Positions 1 to 8,966 of a DNA stretch of 64,000 bases are shown one piece after another. The position numbers and the translations under genes are program-made. Under the pieces are notes generated by a model. It did not search any database, was not told the DNA's origin, and saw only the letters and a program-made list of their open reading frames with translations. The stretch covers positions 480,001 to 544,000 of the forward strand of contig CBDCSU010000005.1 in assembly GCA_965221775.1 (NCBI GenBank), given 5' to 3'. The DNA is from Candidatus Latescibacterota bacterium. Its GTDB lineage: Bacteria > Latescibacterota > UBA2968 > UBA8231. Each line of letters starts with the position of its first letter. The stretch's first letter is position 1.

Positions 1-713
1 ACCTCGGGCCCCACCTCGCGGTCCTCCGTCCACTCGGTGGCCCGGTTCGAGCGCAGGACCAGGCGGGAGCCCCGGTCGAGCAGGGGCCAGCCGGGGTTCG
101 TGTGGTAGAGGACCATCAGCGGCGACGGGTCGCCGCCGAGGTTCTCGACGCGGTCGTGGATGTGGAAGCGGCGCTCGCCGAGGACCATGGAGATCTCGCG
201 GGTCATCTCCAGGCAGTGGCCGAACATGATGTGCTCGCGCATGCGGCCGCCGATGCGGAGGACGTACTCCTCCCCCTCCCAGCCGCCGCGGGCGTACACC
301 TCCTTGGCCGGGATGTAGGAGAGCCGCCCGTGGAGGCCCAGTTCCTCGTCCTCCTCCTCGGGATCGACCTCGGCGTGGCCGACGAAGGTGAGGCCGCAGG
401 TGGTCAGCAGCCCGAGGAAGGAGCCCCGCATCCAGCCGTCGCCGGCGGGCTCGTAGAAGGCCGGCCCCACGTCCCCCGTCTTCGACCGGAAGCACAGCGA
501 CATCCCCTTGTAGTGGGCGGAGGCGATGTCCAGGGCGCGGCCGGGCAGCACCGACAGACAGAGGCCCGAGGCGTTGAAGACCTCCACCAGCCCGGCGCCG
601 CGCTCGTTGCCCTCCACCAGCTCGGCGCGGCGGACGCCGGCCACCTGGCTCATGTCCCCCACGAGATCCTGCAACTGCCGCCGGCTGTAGCGGCGGCCGA
701 ATAGCCTCGGCAT
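1..713 (-). CDS. DUF4432 / aldose 1-epimerase-like protein (3' end runs off window)
   Basis: Manual translation from ATG at 713: MPRLFGRRYSRRQLQDLVGDMSQVAGVRRAELVEGNERG...VLPGRALDIASAHYKG...GLLTTCGL...LGLHGRLS...LMVLYHTNPGWP, typical DUF4432 motifs. Not in the ORF track because it is open at the window edge. Confidence 0.8.
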   Translation of the reverse strand, partial: MPRLFGRRYSRRQLQDLVGDMSQVAGVRRAELVEGNERGAGLVEVFNASGLCLSVLPGRALDIASAHYKGMSLCFRSKTGDVGPAFYEPAGDGWMRGSFLGLLTTCGLTFVGHAEVDPEEEDEELGLHGRLSYIPAKEVYARGGWEGEEYVLRIGGRMREHIMFGHCLEMTREISMVLGERRFHIHDRVENLGGDPSPLMVLYHTNPGWPLLDRGSRLVLRSNRATEWTEDREVGPE

Positions 714-836
714 GGCTGCCTCCTCTGTGATAGGTCCCGGTCGGGTTCGTCGACCCTCCCTCGAACTCAACCAACGGCTTAGTATACGGGGCCGTTCCCT
801 GCAAGCGCATCACCGTGGGCCACAGGAAACCGACCG

Positions 837-2672
837 ATGACAACGACAAGACTCCTCCCGCGATGGCTGTACGTGATGCGGTGGACCACCGCGAAGTCGC
901 GGGAAGCCTCTCCCGCCCTGTTCGTGGCCCGCGCCGTGTTCTCGGTGATCCATGGGCTGTTCGTCGTCCTGCGCTGCCTTGCCATCTGGTGGGGGGTGGA
1001 CTGGCTCATGGCGGCGATCGAGGATCCGCGGCAGAGCGGACAGATGCTGACTCGTCTGGCGCTGCTGGCGGGGGGCCTGCTGGCGACGGAGGCTGTCGGG
1101 CGGCAGATCGCCTACTGGCTGGGTTCGCGGGCGAGATTCCACCTCGAACTGCTCTTGCGGCGCGAGTTCATCGCCAAGTCCTCGGAACTCGACCTGGTGG
1201 AGATCGAAGCGGCCGGCGAACGGGACCTGCTGAGGAACCGTCACGCCCTCGAGTACACAGCCTGCGGGGTGATGGATTCGATATACAGCTTCATCTTCCT
1301 CGGCGTGCAGGCGGCGGGGCTGGTCGTTCTCTGCACCCTGATCGGCTGGCCGATCTTTGCGGCCGCGGGGGCCCTGCTGGCCGTCCATCTCGTGAAGTGG
1401 CTGACGCGGCCGAAGGAGGATTCGGGGGTTTCGGAACGGAGCCGCTTGTCCTACCTCGAGCACTTGCTCTCAGGCCAGGATCCTGCCAAGGAGATCCGCC
1501 TCTTCGGTCTCGTCCCCTATCTCGGAGGCATGGCCGAGGAGTTGGCCGAACGGTACTACCGCAAGCAGTTGTTCACCGTCGGCGGGGCGGTCAGAAACCT
1601 GGCCTTCTACCTGCCCTTCCTGGCGATCGCCCTCGGTTTCGGCTACTGGCTCGTGGAGCAGGTGACGGCCAGGGAGATCTCCCTCGGGCTGGCCCTCATG
1701 GCCCTTGCCGTGGTCTTCATCGCTCAGAAGGCCGTGTCGGGCCTCTCCGGAATGGTGTGGGCCTGGGAAGACTCGCTGGAAGGCATTCAGGGCTACCAGG
1801 CCTTTCTCGACCTGCAACCGCAGATCCGACCCGAACCGGATCTCCCCGACGTGCCGGCCGATCTCGGCCCGGGGATCGTGTTCGACAACGTCTCCCTGAC
1901 CTATCCGACGAGCGACCAGCCTGCCGTCGAAGGGGTGTCGCTGACCATTCGCCCCGGCGAGCGCATCGCCCTGGTGGGCGAGAACGGCTCCGGCAAGACG
2001 ACCTTCGTCAAGCTGCTGACCCGGCTCTACGATCCGACGGAAGGACGGATTCATCTCGGGGGCCGCGACCTGCGCGAATACAACGTGGAGACGTACCGCC
2101 GGCGCTTCGGCGTCATCTTCCAGGACTACATGCGCTACCACGGGACGGTGGCCGAGAACATCGGCTACGCGCAGTACGACCGGCTCGACGATGCGGACGG
2201 CATCGAGGCCGCGGCTGAGAAGGCCGGTTTGCACGAGTTCATCGAGACCCTGGACGAGGGCTACCAGACCCGTGTCGGCTCCTGGTTCAAGAGAGGCACC
2301 GAGCTGTCCGGCGGGCAGTGGCAGAAGATCGCCCTGGCGCGCGCCTTCTTCCGCCACTCCGACATCCTCGTCCTGGACGAGCCGACCAGCGTCCTCGACG
2401 CCCGCGCCGAGTACGGCATCTTCCGGCGCTTCCTCGAGCTGACCGCCGGCAAGACCACCGTCCTCGTCTCGCACCGCTTCTCGACGGTGCGCATGGCGGA
2501 CACGATCTACGTATTCCAACAGGGACGCATCATCGAGCGCGGCAGCCATGGGGAGCTGATGGCCCAGGACGGGCTCTACGCCGAGCTGTTCAACATGCAG
2601 GCCGAGGGCTTCCTGCTGGATGGCGGCCATCCCCCACCGGTAAGCCACCGCGCCCCGAGGCCGGCATCATGA
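837..2672 (+). CDS. ABC transporter, fused permease/ATP-binding protein
   Basis: N-terminal hydrophobic helices; Walker A GENGSGKT, signature LSGGQWQ, Walker B ILVLDEPT, H-loop SHR. Confidence 0.9.
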   Translation: MTTTRLLPRWLYVMRWTTAKSREASPALFVARAVFSVIHGLFVVLRCLAIWWGVDWLMAAIEDPRQSGQMLTRLALLAGGLLATEAVGRQIAYWLGSRARFHLELLLRREFIAKSSELDLVEIEAAGERDLLRNRHALEYTACGVMDSIYSFIFLGVQAAGLVVLCTLIGWPIFAAAGALLAVHLVKWLTRPKEDSGVSERSRLSYLEHLLSGQDPAKEIRLFGLVPYLGGMAEELAERYYRKQLFTVGGAVRNLAFYLPFLAIALGFGYWLVEQVTAREISLGLALMALAVVFIAQKAVSGLSGMVWAWEDSLEGIQGYQAFLDLQPQIRPEPDLPDVPADLGPGIVFDNVSLTYPTSDQPAVEGVSLTIRPGERIALVGENGSGKTTFVKLLTRLYDPTEGRIHLGGRDLREYNVETYRRRFGVIFQDYMRYHGTVAENIGYAQYDRLDDADGIEAAAEKAGLHEFIETLDEGYQTRVGSWFKRGTELSGGQWQKIALARAFFRHSDILVLDEPTSVLDARAEYGIFRRFLELTAGKTTVLVSHRFSTVRMADTIYVFQQGRIIERGSHGELMAQDGLYAELFNMQAEGFLLDGGHPPPVSHRAPRPAS

Positions 2673-3652
2673 AAGCCGCCCGCCTGCGCGCCGTCCGCCA
2701 CTGGGAGTTCGTCGACGTGGACGAGCCGGTCCCGGGGCCGGGGAAGATGCGCGTGCGCCTGGAGCAGGTCGCCGTCTGCGGCAGCGACCTGCCGGAGTTC
2801 CTCGGCGTCCACCCCGGCTTCCCCAAGGCCGCGGGCGGCACCGGCCACGAGGGGATCGGCCGCGTCGAGTCCTGCCCCTCGGGCGCCTACGCCGAGGGCG
2901 AGCGGGTGCTGCTGTGGGGCTTCGACCGCGGCAACGGCCTGTTCCAGGAAGCCGTCCTCACCCGGGACAACGGGCTGCTGCGGCTGCCTTCGGACGAAGT
3001 ACCCGAACGGATGCTGCTGACCCAGCTCCTGGGCACCGTCATCCGCCCCTTCCGCAAGCTCGGCAACATCATCAACCAGCGCGCGGTGGTCCTCGGCCAG
3101 GGGCCGGCGGGGCTGCTGTTCACGGCGGTGCTGCGCAACCTGGGGGCCCGCGACATCGTCGCCGTGGAGCCTCTCGACTGGCGGCGGGAAATGGCGTCGC
3201 GCATGGGGGCGACCCACACCATCGACCCCACCGCCGTCGATCCGGTGGAGGCCGTGGGCGAGATCACCGGCGGAGCCATGGCCGACTTGGTGGTGGAAGC
3301 CGTGGGCGGCGCCGAAACCTACGGCGCCGCGGCGCTCCTGTGCCGCCGGGGCGGCTCCGTCATCGGCTTCGGCGTGCCCGACAAGCAGGTGCCTGGGGGC
3401 GTCCTCGACCTGCCCGTGCAGGAGATGCAGTGGCGCGAGATCAACCTGGTGATGACGATCAACGCCGGCGATCAGCCGTACGACGACTACGCCAACGCCC
3501 TGACCTGGATCCAGGAGGGGCGCCTCGACCTGTCCGGCCTGGTGAGCCACGTGCTCCCCTTCGCCGAGATCCAGCGCGCCTTCGAGCTGGCCGCCGACAG
3601 GCTGGCGCCGGAACGGCCCGCCAAGATCGTCCTCTCCTTCGAGGCGCCCTGA
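2669..3652 (+). CDS. Zinc-binding (MDR family) alcohol/sugar dehydrogenase
   Basis: ATG at 2669 overlaps the upstream stop (ATGA); CGSD and GHE catalytic zinc motifs; Rossmann GQGPAG; no structural-zinc cysteine lobe. Confidence 0.85.
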   Translation: MKAARLRAVRHWEFVDVDEPVPGPGKMRVRLEQVAVCGSDLPEFLGVHPGFPKAAGGTGHEGIGRVESCPSGAYAEGERVLLWGFDRGNGLFQEAVLTRDNGLLRLPSDEVPERMLLTQLLGTVIRPFRKLGNIINQRAVVLGQGPAGLLFTAVLRNLGARDIVAVEPLDWRREMASRMGATHTIDPTAVDPVEAVGEITGGAMADLVVEAVGGAETYGAAALLCRRGGSVIGFGVPDKQVPGGVLDLPVQEMQWREINLVMTINAGDQPYDDYANALTWIQEGRLDLSGLVSHVLPFAEIQRAFELAADRLAPERPAKIVLSFEAP

Positions 3653-4377
3653 CCCCCCTCCTTCTCAGCGCCACCGCCTTCGAGCAGGACCGGGTGGCGG
3701 GCGGCCTGGACCAGCCGCTGCGGCAGTCGGTGGCTGGCCGCCGGTGGACGCGTGGGGGCCTGGGGGGTCGGACGGTGCAGGTCGTGGAGACCGGCCTCGG
3801 CGCGGTGAACACGGCCCACGCCCTGACCCGCTGTCTGCAGATGGAGCTTCCCCCGTGGGTGCTGCAGTTCGGCGTGGGCGGCGCCTACGAGGGCGCCGGC
3901 CTCGGCCTGGGGGACTTGGCCGTGGCCTCGACGGAGAGCTTCGGCGACCTCGGCGTGGTCACCCCCGCCGGCTGGCGCTCCGTCGAGGAGATCGGCATCC
4001 CCGTGGCCGAGGCCGCCGGCGAGAGCCGCTACAACGAGTACCCCCTTGACGCTGAACTGGGCCGGGCCGCGGCCACGGCCCTGGAGGATCGCATGGAGGC
4101 CCGCGTGGCCCTGGGGCCCTTCGTCACCGTGCAGGCCTGCAGCGGCACGGCGGCCCTCGGCCGCGAGCGCGCCTCCCGGGCGCCCGGGGCCCTGTGCGAG
4201 AGCATGGAGGGGGCGGCGGCGGCCCAGCTCTGCTGGATGTACGGCGTGCCCCTGGTGGAGGTGCGCGCCATCAGCAACCGGGTGGAGGACCGGGACACGG
4301 CCGCCTGGAACCTGCCCCTGGCCAGCCGCCGCGCCCAGGAGGCGGCCCTCATCCTGGTGGAGGCGTTGCCCTCGTGA
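3649..4377 (+). CDS. mqnB: Futalosine hydrolase
   Basis: PNP/MTAN fold motifs GLGAVNTA, GVGGAY, TVQACSGT, ESMEGAAAA, EVRAISNRVEDRD..W; directly upstream of mqnD; start placed at a CTG overlapping the upstream TGA (start uncertain). Confidence 0.85.
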   Translation: MTPLLLSATAFEQDRVAGGLDQPLRQSVAGRRWTRGGLGGRTVQVVETGLGAVNTAHALTRCLQMELPPWVLQFGVGGAYEGAGLGLGDLAVASTESFGDLGVVTPAGWRSVEEIGIPVAEAAGESRYNEYPLDAELGRAAATALEDRMEARVALGPFVTVQACSGTAALGRERASRAPGALCESMEGAAAAQLCWMYGVPLVEVRAISNRVEDRDTAAWNLPLASRRAQEAALILVEALPS

Positions 4378-5204
4378 GCGCTCCCCTCTCCCTCGGCTAC
4401 TCCCCCTGCCCCAACGACACCTTCATCTTCTACGCCCTCGTCCACGGGCGGGTCCCCGGGGCGCCGGCGGTGCAGGAGGTCCTCCTCGACATCGAAACCC
4501 TCAACGGCATGGCCGCCCGCTCCGAGCTGGACGTGGTGAAGGTCTCCTTCCACGCCCTGGGGCACCTCCTCGGCGACTACTGCCTGCTGCGCTCGGGCGG
4601 CGCCCTCGGCCGCGGCTGCGGACCCCTCGTCGTCGCCCGCGAGAGCATCGGGCCCGGCGAGCTGGCCCGCCTGCGGGTGGCCATCCCCGGGAAGCGGACC
4701 ACGGCGGCCCTGCTCCTGCGCCTCTTCGCCCCCGGCCTGGAGCGCACCGTGGAGATGCCCTTCCACCGCATCATGGGCGCCGTGCGCGACGGCGAGGCCG
4801 ACGCCGGGGTCATCATCCACGAGAGCCGCTTCACCTACCCCCGCTACGGGCTGCACCGCGTCCTCGACCTCGGCGAGTGGTGGGAGCAGACCACCGGCCA
4901 TCCCATCCCGCTGGGAGGCATCGCCGCCCGCCGCCGGCTGGGGGCCGCTGAGATCCGCCGCCTCGAGGACGGCCTGCGGCGCAGCGTCGAGTACGCCCAC
5001 GCCCATCCCGAGGAGGTGCGGGGCTACGTGGCCGGCCAGGCCCAGGAGATGGAGCCCGAGGTCATGGAGGCCCACATCGAGCTGTACGTGAACGACCATA
5101 CCCTCGACTACGGCGGCGACGGCCGGGCCGCCATCGAGGATCTGATGGCGCGAGCCGAGAGGGAGGGCATCTTGCCGGCCGGCGGCCCTCCCCTGCTCCT
5201 GTGA
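4374..5204 (+). CDS. mqnD: 1,4-dihydroxy-6-naphthoate synthase
   Basis: GTG start in GTGA overlap; LGYSPCPNDTFIF, ALGRGCGPL, IIHESRFTY, DLGEWW, PIPLGGI, HIELYVN. Confidence 0.93.
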   Translation: MSAPLSLGYSPCPNDTFIFYALVHGRVPGAPAVQEVLLDIETLNGMAARSELDVVKVSFHALGHLLGDYCLLRSGGALGRGCGPLVVARESIGPGELARLRVAIPGKRTTAALLLRLFAPGLERTVEMPFHRIMGAVRDGEADAGVIIHESRFTYPRYGLHRVLDLGEWWEQTTGHPIPLGGIAARRRLGAAEIRRLEDGLRRSVEYAHAHPEEVRGYVAGQAQEMEPEVMEAHIELYVNDHTLDYGGDGRAAIEDLMARAEREGILPAGGPPLLL

Positions 5205-5217
5205 CCCGGGAGGTGTC

Positions 5218-6252
5218 ATGAGACTGCTGCAGTTCCGCGACCCGGCCTCCGACCGGCCCGAGCATCTGGGGCTGGTGGACGGCGACGAGGTGATCGACCT
5301 GAGCGAGGGGGACGGCCCCGGCTCGGTGTACGAGCTCTACTACGGCTGTGGCGGCGACACCGACGGCTTCGGCGCGGCCCTGGAGAGCGCTGCGCGGGCG
5401 GCCTCCGGCCACCGGCGCCTGTCCCTGGCCGGCCTGCTCCAGGGGCGCGGACCCTCGGCCCCCCACCTGCTCAAGCCGGTGAGCGCCCCGGCGGACCGGC
5501 CCCGGGGCCTGCGCGTGTGGCTGGCGGGGGTCACCCACGAGGACAGCGCCAAGCTGCGCGAGATCGAGGCGCAGCAGGCCACGGGCGAGGCGGTGAACGT
5601 GTACGACCAGAAGTACCGCGAGTGCGCCGCCGGAGGCCGGCCGGAGCTGTTCTCCAAGGACGATCCCGCCGCCGTCGTCGGCCACGGCCAGGCCCTGACG
5701 CGGCCGGCGGAGACCGAGCGCCTGGTACCGGAGACGGAGCTGGTCACGGTGTACGGGCTCGACCGCGCCGGCCAGGTGGAGCGGCTCGGATACACCGGCG
5801 GCAACGACGCCACCGACAACGGCATGGAGGCGGCCAACCCCCTCAACCTGCCCCAGGCCAAGAACTGGGCCGGGGGCTGCGCCAGCCTGGGGCCGCTGCT
5901 GGTGACGGCCGACGAGTACGACGACCGCCGGGTCACGGTGAGCTGCGAGATCCTGCGCGCCGGCCGGCGGGTCGGCTTCAAGGAGGGGGACACCGGCCGG
6001 GACCACCTCAACATGCCCGACGGCCTGCTGCACATGGAGCGCACCCTCTTCCGCCGGATGCCCCTGGAGCCGGGGCAGCTGCAGGCCCTCTACTGGGGCA
6101 CGCCGATCGTGTTCTCGGAGGCGGATCTGGCCGACGGGCTGCAGGTGGGAGACGCGGTGCGCATGACCTTCTCCGGCGGGATCGGCACCCTGGAGAACGG
6201 GATCGAGCCCCTGGCGGCGACGGATCAGCTGCGGGGGCTGGAGGGGGGCTGA
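5218..6252 (+). CDS. Fumarylacetoacetate hydrolase family protein (2-keto-3-deoxy sugar-acid dehydratase-like)
   Basis: VWLAGVTH, VYD, RPELFSK, VPETEL, GYTGGND, EAANPLNLPQAK, LGP motifs; GGAGG RBS before ATG. Confidence 0.75.
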   Translation: MRLLQFRDPASDRPEHLGLVDGDEVIDLSEGDGPGSVYELYYGCGGDTDGFGAALESAARAASGHRRLSLAGLLQGRGPSAPHLLKPVSAPADRPRGLRVWLAGVTHEDSAKLREIEAQQATGEAVNVYDQKYRECAAGGRPELFSKDDPAAVVGHGQALTRPAETERLVPETELVTVYGLDRAGQVERLGYTGGNDATDNGMEAANPLNLPQAKNWAGGCASLGPLLVTADEYDDRRVTVSCEILRAGRRVGFKEGDTGRDHLNMPDGLLHMERTLFRRMPLEPGQLQALYWGTPIVFSEADLADGLQVGDAVRMTFSGGIGTLENGIEPLAATDQLRGLEGG

Positions 6253-6375
6253 CCGCCGACGCAGGCCGCTGGTCGAAGGCCGCGGAACGTTTGCTTCCGG
6301 GTACCCGTGGCAGTCTGGTGATTCCCGGCGCGCCGACTATATTCAAATGATCCTACCAGACCCCAGGAGCCCGGT

Positions 6376-6687
6376 ATGAGCGAAGGCGCCGACCCTCCGA
6401 GGCGTGCAGTCCCCGCGCCCGAGGAAATGCCTTGGAGCATCAGCTATCTGCGCGACGACATCAAGGAGTTGCGGGCCGAGGTGGGGGCCCGAGTGGGGGC
6501 CCTGCACAACCGCATCGACGAGACCCACCGCTCCCTGAGCGACCGCATCGACGAGACCAACAAGCGCATCGACGAGACCAACAAGCGCATCGACGAGACC
6601 AACAAGCGCATCGACATCCACTTCCGCTGGATCATGGGCACGCTGGTAACCCTCACCGGCGTCCTCATCGCTGTCATTAAGCTCTGA
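6376..6687 (+). CDS. Small coiled-coil protein with C-terminal transmembrane helix (DUF1640/CCDC90-like)
   Basis: Heptad RIDETNK repeats followed by FRWIMGTLVTLTGVLIAVIKL; AGGAG RBS. Confidence 0.7.
   Translation: MSEGADPPRRAVPAPEEMPWSISYLRDDIKELRAEVGARVGALHNRIDETHRSLSDRIDETNKRIDETNKRIDETNKRIDIHFRWIMGTLVTLTGVLIAVIKL
6544..6615 (+). repeat. 21-bp tandem repeat (cgcatcgacgagaccaacaag) x3 plus partial copy, in frame
   Basis: Exact copies at 6544, 6565, 6586, partial at 6607; degenerate copy at 6511. Confidence 0.95.
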
Positions 6688-6710
6688 AGCCCCCCGGGGC
6701 GGGCAGCTGA

Positions 6711-8096
6711 ATGCCCTTGCCTTCCGCCGGACGACCCAACGTCCTCTGGATCTACGGCGAGGACCTCTCCCCCGACCTGGCCTGTTACGGCACACCCGCC
6801 CTCTCGACTCCCCACATCGACCGCCTCGCCTCCGAGGGCCTCCGCCACACCCACGCCTTCGTCACCGCCCCGGTCTGCTCGGCGAGCCGCTCCGCCCTGA
6901 TCACGGGGACCTGGCAGACCCACTTCGACGCCCACCATCACCGCAGCAACCGCGACCGGCCGCTGCGGGCCGACATCAAGCTCGTCACCGACTGCTTCCG
7001 CGAGGCCGGGTACTTCACCTGCAACAGCCAGGGACCCCCTTTCGACCGGCCGGGCAAGACCGACTTCAACTTCCTGCGGGAACGGCCCTTCGACGGCGTC
7101 GACTGGAGCGAACGAGACGCGGGGCAGCCCTTCTACGCGCAGGTCAACATCACCGACACGCACCGCGTCTTCCAGCCGGACCCGGAGTCCCCCATCCCGC
7201 CGGAGGAGGTGGAGTTGCCGCCGTACTACCCCGACCATCCCCTCACCCGCGGGGACTGGGCCCTCTACCTGGAGAGCATCCAGATCCTGGACCGCAAGGT
7301 GGGGCAGGTCCTGGCGCGCCTCGATGCGGAAGGCCTCGCCGAGGAGACGATCGTCTTCTTCCTGAGCGACCACGGACGCGCCCACCCCCGCTGCAAGCAG
7401 TTCCTCTACGACGGCGGCATCCGCATCCCCCTCATCGTCCGCTGGCCCGGCCGCCTCGAGTCTGGCCTCGTCAGCGACCACCTCGTGAGCGGCGTCGACC
7501 TCGCCCCCACGGCCCTGGCCCTCGCCGGCGTCGAGATCTCCCGCCACATGCAGGGGCAGGTCTTCCTCGGTCCCGGGGCCTTGGACCGGGACGCCGTGTA
7601 CGCCGCCCGGGACCGGTGCGACGGCACCGTCGACCGCATCCGCTGCATCCGCACTCGCCGCCACAAGCTGATCCGCAACTACCACCCCGACCGTCCGTAC
7701 ATGCAGTTCAACGGCTACAAGAAGCTGCAGTACCCGCTCTGGACGCTGATGCCGCTGCTGGCGGCAAGGGGTGAGCTGTCCCCAGAGCAGCAGGCCTTCC
7801 TGGAGCCGACCCGTCCCCGGGAGGAGCTCTACGACCTGGAGGCGGATCCCCACGAGGTGCACAACCTCGCGGGGGATCCTGCCCATGAGAGCGTGAGAAG
7901 GCGGCTTGGGGGACGTCTCGACGCCTGGATCGCGGAGACGGGGGACATGGGCGAGAGGCCGGAGTCTGCGGAAGTGCAGGCTTATTGGGACGAGCACATG
8001 GCCGCGGGTTTCAGGCGGGCCATGGAGGGGCGGGGCCTGTCACCGGAGATCAGCGACGCGGACTACGTGGACTGGTGGGAAGGGCAGTTGCTGTAG
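6711..8096 (+). CDS. Sulfatase (Cys-type, formylglycine-dependent)
   Basis: RPNVLWIYGEDL, APVCSASRSALITG, GKTDFN, SDHG, ARDR, REELYDLEADPHE. Confidence 0.92.
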   Translation: MPLPSAGRPNVLWIYGEDLSPDLACYGTPALSTPHIDRLASEGLRHTHAFVTAPVCSASRSALITGTWQTHFDAHHHRSNRDRPLRADIKLVTDCFREAGYFTCNSQGPPFDRPGKTDFNFLRERPFDGVDWSERDAGQPFYAQVNITDTHRVFQPDPESPIPPEEVELPPYYPDHPLTRGDWALYLESIQILDRKVGQVLARLDAEGLAEETIVFFLSDHGRAHPRCKQFLYDGGIRIPLIVRWPGRLESGLVSDHLVSGVDLAPTALALAGVEISRHMQGQVFLGPGALDRDAVYAARDRCDGTVDRIRCIRTRRHKLIRNYHPDRPYMQFNGYKKLQYPLWTLMPLLAARGELSPEQQAFLEPTRPREELYDLEADPHEVHNLAGDPAHESVRRRLGGRLDAWIAETGDMGERPESAEVQAYWDEHMAAGFRRAMEGRGLSPEISDADYVDWWEGQLL

Positions 8097-8192
8097 GTCG
8101 CCGAGTTGGTCTGCGCTTCGATCACGGCGCATCGCTCCATCAACGCATCGAAGCGCTCGTCTTCGTCCAGCGCCATGCCGCTCCTCAGCCAT
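8097..8192 (-). pseudogene. Remnant of AbiEii-type nucleotidyltransferase toxin (start fused out of frame to its last ~30 codons)
   Basis: ATG-GCT-GAG overlaps the DUF6088 stop; a second frame reads GMALDEDERFDALMERCAVIEAQTN, which resembles AbiEii C-termini as I recall them. Confidence 0.55.
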
Positions 8193-8781
8193 GGGACAGG
8201 CGGGCGCTCAGCGGTTCCGCCAGCCAGATGGGCATGACGGCCCGGGCGGCCCCGAGCTCATCCCGATCCGCATCGGACAGCTGGGGGAGGACCGTTTCGA
8301 GACCGTCCTCTACCTCCCCGGGCCCCAGCCACGCCAAGGCGCGGATGGCGTCTCCCGCCTTGCGGTGCGGGGCCGCCAGTTGCCAGCGCGGGGCGTGGCG
8401 CAGCTCGACGACGAGCGATCCGAATTGCAGCCGCCGATTGGGCCCGGAGGTGAGATAGACCGGGCGCACCGGATTCTGCGTGGTCAGGCCCAGGCAGTTG
8501 GCCGCGGCGCCTCCACACGGCACGATCGGTTCGCCCCACAAGGCCTCCAGCGCGGCGAGCGCTTTGCCGACGCTGGGGGCACGCAGGCCAAAGCGGGTCT
8601 CGACGGGGCGCATGTAGACGCCCTGGCAGATGCGCATGAGGTGGGCTGACCGCGCAAGGCGCGACAAGGCCTGGTCGACGGCCGCCCGATTGCCGAGGTG
8701 CAGCAGTGCAGCCGGACACAGCGGCGCGGCCTCCGGAAGCGTGGCGGCATGCTCCATGATGCGCTGGGGAAGCCCGCGCAT
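8185..8781 (-). CDS. DUF6088 family / AbiEi-like type IV antitoxin
   Basis: LHLGNRAAVDQALSRL, RICQGVY, TRFG, AANCLGLTTQNPVRPVYLTSGPNRRL, AGDAIRALAWLGP; GGAG RBS before ATG 8781. Confidence 0.85.
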   Translation of the reverse strand: MRGLPQRIMEHAATLPEAAPLCPAALLHLGNRAAVDQALSRLARSAHLMRICQGVYMRPVETRFGLRAPSVGKALAALEALWGEPIVPCGGAAANCLGLTTQNPVRPVYLTSGPNRRLQFGSLVVELRHAPRWQLAAPHRKAGDAIRALAWLGPGEVEDGLETVLPQLSDADRDELGAARAVMPIWLAEPLSARLSHG

Positions 8782-8966
8782 GGTCGTGTCTCCGATTGGT
8801 TTTGTCAGAAATCTAATGCCGAAAGTGACGTTGGCAATCCCGGCGCAGCCCGGAGGGGCGGGGCTATCGCCGGAGATCAGCGACGCGGGCCACGCCCGGT
8901 CCATCTGGAGAGTCGTCTACCAGGAATCCAGGAACGCCTTCGGGGCCGGCAATGCGGGCTCCGGTC

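Larger units (their letters stand above)
8024..8894 (+). repeat. Imperfect ~44-bp direct repeat pair (8024-8067 and 8852-8894) flanking the DUF6088 cassette
   Basis: ggaggggcggggcctgtcaccggagatcagcgacgcggactacg versus ggaggggcggggc-tatcgccggagatcagcgacgcgggccacg. Confidence 0.8.

Noticed and set aside
6511-6615. Short repeats as a CRISPR array
   Set aside because: Contiguous tandem units with no spacers, inside a coding frame, and no cas genes.
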